The notes below the pieces were generated by a model. The model saw only the letters and a list, made by a program, of their open reading frames with translations. It searched no databases and was not told the origin of the DNA. A stretch of 10,059 nt of DNA from a virus (lineage: Duplodnaviria; Heunggongvirae; Uroviricota; Caudoviricetes). Numbering within the stretch: position 1 is the first letter of the stretch; every line of letters starts with the position of its first letter. The stretch spans positions 1-10,059 of the IMG/VR virus record IMGVR_UViG_2713896898_000004. One strand, given 5' to 3'. Shown here piece by piece: positions 7,414 through 10,059 of this stretch. Both the position numbers and the translations under genes were made by a program.

Positions 7414-8523
7414 ATGATTGACACCACCATGCAACTGTTCAACCAGAGTACTGACCCCGTGAAGATGCCTGATTTTGATATTCTCGCGGAGGGGAAAACG
7501 CTGTCCGGTGTGACAGAACGCCTGATGAGCCTGTCACTGACCGACAACCGGGGATTTGAAGCAGACCAGCTAACCATCACGCTGGATGATGCTGATGGTC
7601 AGTTGCAGTTGCCGCCACGGGGCGCTCGCCTGACGGTTCTCATTGGCTGGAAAGGCGAACCGCTGACAGAAAAAGGCACTTACATTGTTGATGAAATTGC
7701 TCATGAAGGACCGCCCGACAGACTGACCATTTCAGCCAGAAGCGCAGATTTTCGGGATGAATTTAACGTCAAGCGCGAAGTATCCTGGCATGATGTGACC
7801 GTTGAACGCGTGGTGTCTGCAATTGCTCACCGATACGGCCTGAAACCGCAAATCAGCGAAATGCTGATGGATATTGAAATCGACCACGCTGACCAGACCG
7901 AAGAAAGCGACATGTCCTTCCTTACACGCATGGCGGAAATGCTGGGCGCAATCACCACGGTAAAAAGCGGTAATCTGTTATTCATCATGCCAGGTGGTGG
8001 CGTGAACGCGCAGGGAAAACCATTACCATCGTTTGCCATCACACGCAGCAGCGGCGATCGCCATCAGTTTCGCATTGCTGACCGCGAGGCGTATACGGGG
8101 GTACGCGCTTACTGGCTTGATCTTAATTACGGGAAAAAGAAAAAAGTCAGCGTGAAACGCCGCAAACCGCCAAAACCCAAAAAGGAGAAAAGCAGCAGCC
8201 GTGAAGGTGACTATATGGAAGGTGCGGAAGGCAACGTGTTTGTGTTACGCAAGACTTATCAGAACGAGCAGGCAGCAAGACGCGCAGCGGCGGCAAAGTG
8301 GCAGCAGCTACAACGCGGAGCCGCATCATTCTCCATCACGCTGGCGCGTGGACGCGCAGAACTCTACCCCGAAATGCATGGCACGGTAACAGGATTTAAA
8401 AGCGAGATTGATAATCAGGACTGGATTATTGCAAAAGCCGAGCACTCCATTGATAACAGCGGCTTTACCACGCAGCTTGAGCTTGAGGCAAAAATCCAGG
8501 AATGGATAGCAGAAACAGAGTGA
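7414..8523 (+). CDS. D: P2-like tail protein / late control gene D product (gpD)
   Basis: Start set at ATG 7414 (MIDTTMQLFNQ..., GGGAGGGAG SD) rather than the track's 7282. The 369-aa product is gpD-like in length and sequence character and is followed by ogr as in P2. Confidence 0.85.
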   Translation: MIDTTMQLFNQSTDPVKMPDFDILAEGKTLSGVTERLMSLSLTDNRGFEADQLTITLDDADGQLQLPPRGARLTVLIGWKGEPLTEKGTYIVDEIAHEGPPDRLTISARSADFRDEFNVKREVSWHDVTVERVVSAIAHRYGLKPQISEMLMDIEIDHADQTEESDMSFLTRMAEMLGAITTVKSGNLLFIMPGGGVNAQGKPLPSFAITRSSGDRHQFRIADREAYTGVRAYWLDLNYGKKKKVSVKRRKPPKPKKEKSSSREGDYMEGAEGNVFVLRKTYQNEQAARRAAAAKWQQLQRGAASFSITLARGRAELYPEMHGTVTGFKSEIDNQDWIIAKAEHSIDNSGFTTQLELEAKIQEWIAETE

Positions 8524-8565
8524 GCAACTTAGAATAGCGGCAGCACCACGTTAAGGGAGGTCGCT

Positions 8566-8826
8566 ATGTTCCGTTGTCCGCTTTGTGGCGCATCTGCCCG
8601 AATCCGCACCAGTCGTTCGGAAAATGATTCAGATACCGTACGGAAAAAATATTACCAGTGTAACAACCTGGAATGCGGCGTATGCTTCTCAACACTGGAG
8701 GCTTTCCATAAATTCACATCGAAACACGCCCCCGGCGTTCACTCTTCAGAGGGCATCCCGTGGAATGAGCTACCAGCTTCGCACAGGGGAAACAACCAGA
8801 TGAGTTTGCCATTACCTCAGAATTAA
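8566..8826 (+). CDS. ogr: Ogr/Delta-family zinc-finger late transcription activator
   Basis: MFRCPLCGASARIRTSR...YYQCNNLECGVCF: Cys4 pattern CPLC...CxxxxC typical of P2 Ogr; AAGGGAGG SD 5 nt upstream of the ATG; located directly after D. Confidence 0.85.
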   Translation: MFRCPLCGASARIRTSRSENDSDTVRKKYYQCNNLECGVCFSTLEAFHKFTSKHAPGVHSSEGIPWNELPASHRGNNQMSLPLPQN

Positions 8827-8835
8827 CAGGCTGAA

Positions 8836-8864
8836 TTGCCGGAGTAACAAAAAAGCGATAGATT
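8836..8864 (+). promoter_or_regulatory. Sigma-70-like promoter for the hok-family mRNA (TTGCCG-17 bp-TAGATT)
   Basis: -35 TTGCCG (8836-8841), 17-bp spacer, -10 TAGATT (8859-8864); predicted start near 8871, giving a roughly 400-nt transcript to the terminator at 9277, as expected for hok mRNAs. Confidence 0.45.
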
Positions 8865-8886
8865 ACGCGCGGGTGCCTTTCGGCTG

Positions 8887-9099
8887 ATGGCTGGAGGGAA
8901 TACCCGAAGGCCGGATGTGGAAAGGCCCCGGAAAACATCTCTGTTTAACCGAGGCCCTGACCATCTAACCTTAGCAAGTGATAGGTTAGCGCCTCCCCAA
9001 AAAAGGAGCAAGCGCTATGTCGCAAAAATCGCTTATGGCCATCACGTTCTGCGTGACGGTAATCCTCATCATCTGGATGCTGCACGGTTCGCTGTGTGA
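8887..9099 (+). CDS. mok-like overlapping reading frame (translational coupling frame for hok)
   Basis: 70-aa ORF in a different frame that starts upstream of and overlaps the first 83 nt of the hok-like ORF, the arrangement known for mok/hok. Confidence 0.4.
   Translation: MAGGNTRRPDVERPRKTSLFNRGPDHLTLASDRLAPPQKRSKRYVAKIAYGHHVLRDGNPHHLDAARFAV
8890..8990 (-). ncRNA. Predicted Sok-like antisense RNA (position approximate, promoter not resolved)
   Basis: By analogy with hok/sok loci an antisense RNA complementary to the mok translation-initiation region is expected; the hok leader contains a hairpin CTAACCT...AGGTTAG (8966-8989). No clear minus-strand promoter could be fixed by eye. Confidence 0.2.
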
Positions 9100-9157
9100 A
9101 ATACGGATGAGCTTCTGGGGAGCGGAGTTTGCGGCGTTCTTACAGTGTAAGCAGTAA
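9017..9157 (+). CDS. Hok/Gef-family type I toxin (small membrane peptide)
   Basis: 46-aa ORF, too short for the ORF track: MSQKSLMAITFCVTVILIIWMLHGSLCEIRMSFWGAEFAAFLQCKQ. It has an N-terminal transmembrane helix, the SLCE(I/L)R motif and a C-terminal E-x-AAF-L-x-CK, matching Hok-family peptides (closest in pattern to HokA as recalled). AAAAGGAG SD 8 nt upstream of the ATG. Confidence 0.8.
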   Translation: MSQKSLMAITFCVTVILIIWMLHGSLCEIRMSFWGAEFAAFLQCKQ

Positions 9158-9242
9158 GGAAACCGCGACGGGGGAGCAATCCCCCGTCAATCGGTTGCTA
9201 AGGCTGGCCGAAGTGGCACCCTATCCCATGGACACAAACAAG

Positions 9243-9277
9243 AAAACCCGCAGCGTAAAAACTGCGGGTTTTCTTTT
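9243..9277. terminator. Rho-independent terminator (bidirectional-capable) ending the hok-family transcript
   Basis: Stem CCCGCAG / CTGCGGG (9247-9253 / 9262-9268) with loop CGTAAAAA, followed by TTTTCTTTT and preceded by AGAAAA. Confidence 0.75.
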
Positions 9278-9348
9278 GGAGCTCTCACTTAGCTAAGGTA
9301 CCGTTAACAACACACATAATGCTCGCAAAACAAACCAGTTAAAAGTGA

Positions 9349-9630
9349 TTACTCAGCATTCTCCTGCTTCCATTGCCGGATCATTTCATCCGTAACATCA
9401 CTCTCATAACATACCACGTCATACCCTCCAGTACGGCTATATGCACTGCGTCTACCACATCTACTACCATTCCTTGCATGATTATAAGGACACGCACAAT
9501 TGCCTGGATACGATTCAATGGATTCTTTAATTATTTCTTTCTTGATCTGAGCATCAGACTTTCCTGTTGCTGCATACCCACTAAAAGATACCAAACAAAA
9601 ACAGATTGCCATTAATAAACCACATCGCAT
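9349..9630 (-). CDS. Small secreted cysteine-containing protein of unknown function (AT-rich cargo gene)
   Basis: Track ORF 9349-9744. The internal Met at 9630 starts a classic Sec signal peptide (MRCGLLMAICFCLVSFSGYA|ATGK); the mature part of about 73 aa has 4 Cys (GNCACPY...SRCGRRSAY...VVCYESDV). GC content is visibly far lower than the flanking phage genes. Confidence 0.5.
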   Translation of the reverse strand: MRCGLLMAICFCLVSFSGYAATGKSDAQIKKEIIKESIESYPGNCACPYNHARNGSRCGRRSAYSRTGGYDVVCYESDVTDEMIRQWKQENAE

Positions 9631-9852
9631 ACCGATACACTCTATTACTAACCAATCATAACCCACATCATAAAATCGAGATGTGGAGTACAACACCTTT
9701 AACAAGAAGGTGTCATAACGATAATATGCCGTGCAATTCATCAAAAAAAAGATCTATATCAAAGAGATAGAGCTCTTATCAGTGCTGCAGACATCGGCAT
9801 TCGAGGCAGCAGAAAAACAGTAAATCTGACGAATTTGCCTTTTCTCAGGATG

Positions 9853-10059
9853 TTGTCAGATTAAAAAAGACAGATTAGCGCAGGTACCTTTTGGTGGATG
9901 GCAGGAGGAAAAATGAAGTCGAGTGGAAAAATCCCAGAAAAATTTTTGTTTAACCGAGGTCCTAGTTCACTATGCGAAATACGGAGGAGCTGCAGGAGAA
10001 TTCGGCTTCATCCTTAGAGTTTAAACAGCACGTGCACTACTATTGTTTCTGCATATCGC
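9853..10059 (+). pseudogene. Second, degenerate hok/mok-leader paralog (internally deleted; runs off the window end)
   Basis: Roughly 65-70% identity by eye to 8836-8960 (shared TTGyCr...AAAAAG...GATGGCxGGAGG...TGTTTAACCGAGGyCCT), then jumps to a match with the hok SLCEIR-coding segment (GTTCACTATGCGAAATACGGAGGAGC vs 9093-9118, 22/26). The hok SD, start and transmembrane region are missing and the promoter spacer is only 12 nt. Confidence 0.4.

Noticed and set aside
1640-7420. Possibility that the resident Hin-family invertase itself flips the whole FI-U block
   Set aside because: The block borders show a convergent terminator (1645-1677) and a divergent promoter region (7257-7413) with no gix/hix-like sites detectable by eye; the only gix-like site found is inside the tail-fiber cassette (978-1003).
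5240-7580. Plus-strand ORFs antisense to E, FII and FI (5240-5623, 6205-6411, 6427-6633, 6534-7109, 6734-6952, 6985-7239) and minus-strand ORFs 6023-6247, 6323-6664 and 7278-7580
   Set aside because: They overlap well-supported tail genes (or the D start region) on the opposite strand or in another frame, with no RBS or conserved character.
7827-8389. Track ORFs 7827-8042 (-), 8147-8329 (-) and 8201-8389 (+) inside the D gene
   Set aside because: They lie entirely within the well-supported D coding region, antisense or in another frame, with no start-site context.
8585-9011. Track ORFs 8585-8803 (+), 8714-8938 (-) and 8823-9011 (-) overlapping ogr and the hok leader
   Set aside because: They are alternative-frame or antisense ORFs across ogr and the structured hok leader, with no RBS; the region is better explained by ogr, the hok mRNA leader and a possible antisense RNA.
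9167-9188. GNRA-tetraloop hairpin GACGGGGGA-GCAA-TCCCCCGTC, considered as a possible tRNA or ncRNA fragment
   Set aside because: It is a single hairpin with no cloverleaf partner arms; it fits as a structural element of the hok-family mRNA 3' region.
9373-9615. Plus-strand ORF 9373-9615 (80 aa) antisense to the AT-rich gene
   Set aside because: It has no RBS and an AT-rich, low-complexity translation; the minus-strand frame has a clear signal peptide and is preferred.
8942-9963. Direct repeats TGTTTAACCGAGGyCCT (8942-8958 and 9947-9963) that resemble the AAACCGAGG core of gix sites
   Set aside because: Each repeat lies within a larger block of homology between the two hok-type leaders and they are in direct, not inverted, orientation; they are better explained as paralogous leader sequence than as invertase substrates. 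Not excluded experimentally.
9279-10010. Clusters of 6-bp restriction sites (GAGCTC/GGTACC/GTTAAC at 9280-9310; AGATCT/GAGCTC/CTGCAG at 9750-9790; CTGCAG/GAATTC/GTTTAAAC/CACGTG at 9985-10045) that might suggest an engineered polylinker
   Set aside because: The sites are embedded in sequence that is homologous to the natural hok leader or is AT-rich coding/intergenic DNA, with no vector-like backbone; chance occurrence in AT-rich or palindrome-prone sequence is plausible. It cannot be fully excluded without a database comparison.

Overview
Almost the whole window is the tail/late region of a P2-like prophage, probably in an enterobacterial host (inference from coding style and protein similarities; no database search was possible, so every identification rests on reading the supplied translations and the raw sequence). 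Left to right: a tail-fiber-assembly gene running off the window start and a silent tail-fiber C-terminal cassette, both on the minus strand (1-1067), lying head-to-head with a Hin/Gin-family serine DNA invertase (1057-1656, +). Then come tail genes U, T (tape measure), E/E+E' (with a T6G -1 frameshift site), FII (tube) and FI (sheath), all on the minus strand (1685-7256), followed by D and the zinc-finger activator ogr on the plus strand (7414-8826). Downstream of ogr is cargo: a Hok/Gef-family type I toxin locus with a mok-like overlapping frame, 5'/3' complementary elements and an intrinsic terminator (8836-9277), an AT-rich island encoding a small predicted secreted cysteine-containing protein (9349-9630, -), and a second, degenerate hok-leader copy running off the window end. 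No rRNA, tRNA or CRISPR array was seen. The points most worth follow-up are the hok-type toxin and AT-rich gene as prophage cargo, the FI-U block being transcribed opposite to D/ogr, and the invertible tail-fiber cassette with a gix-like crossover site inside its 5' end.
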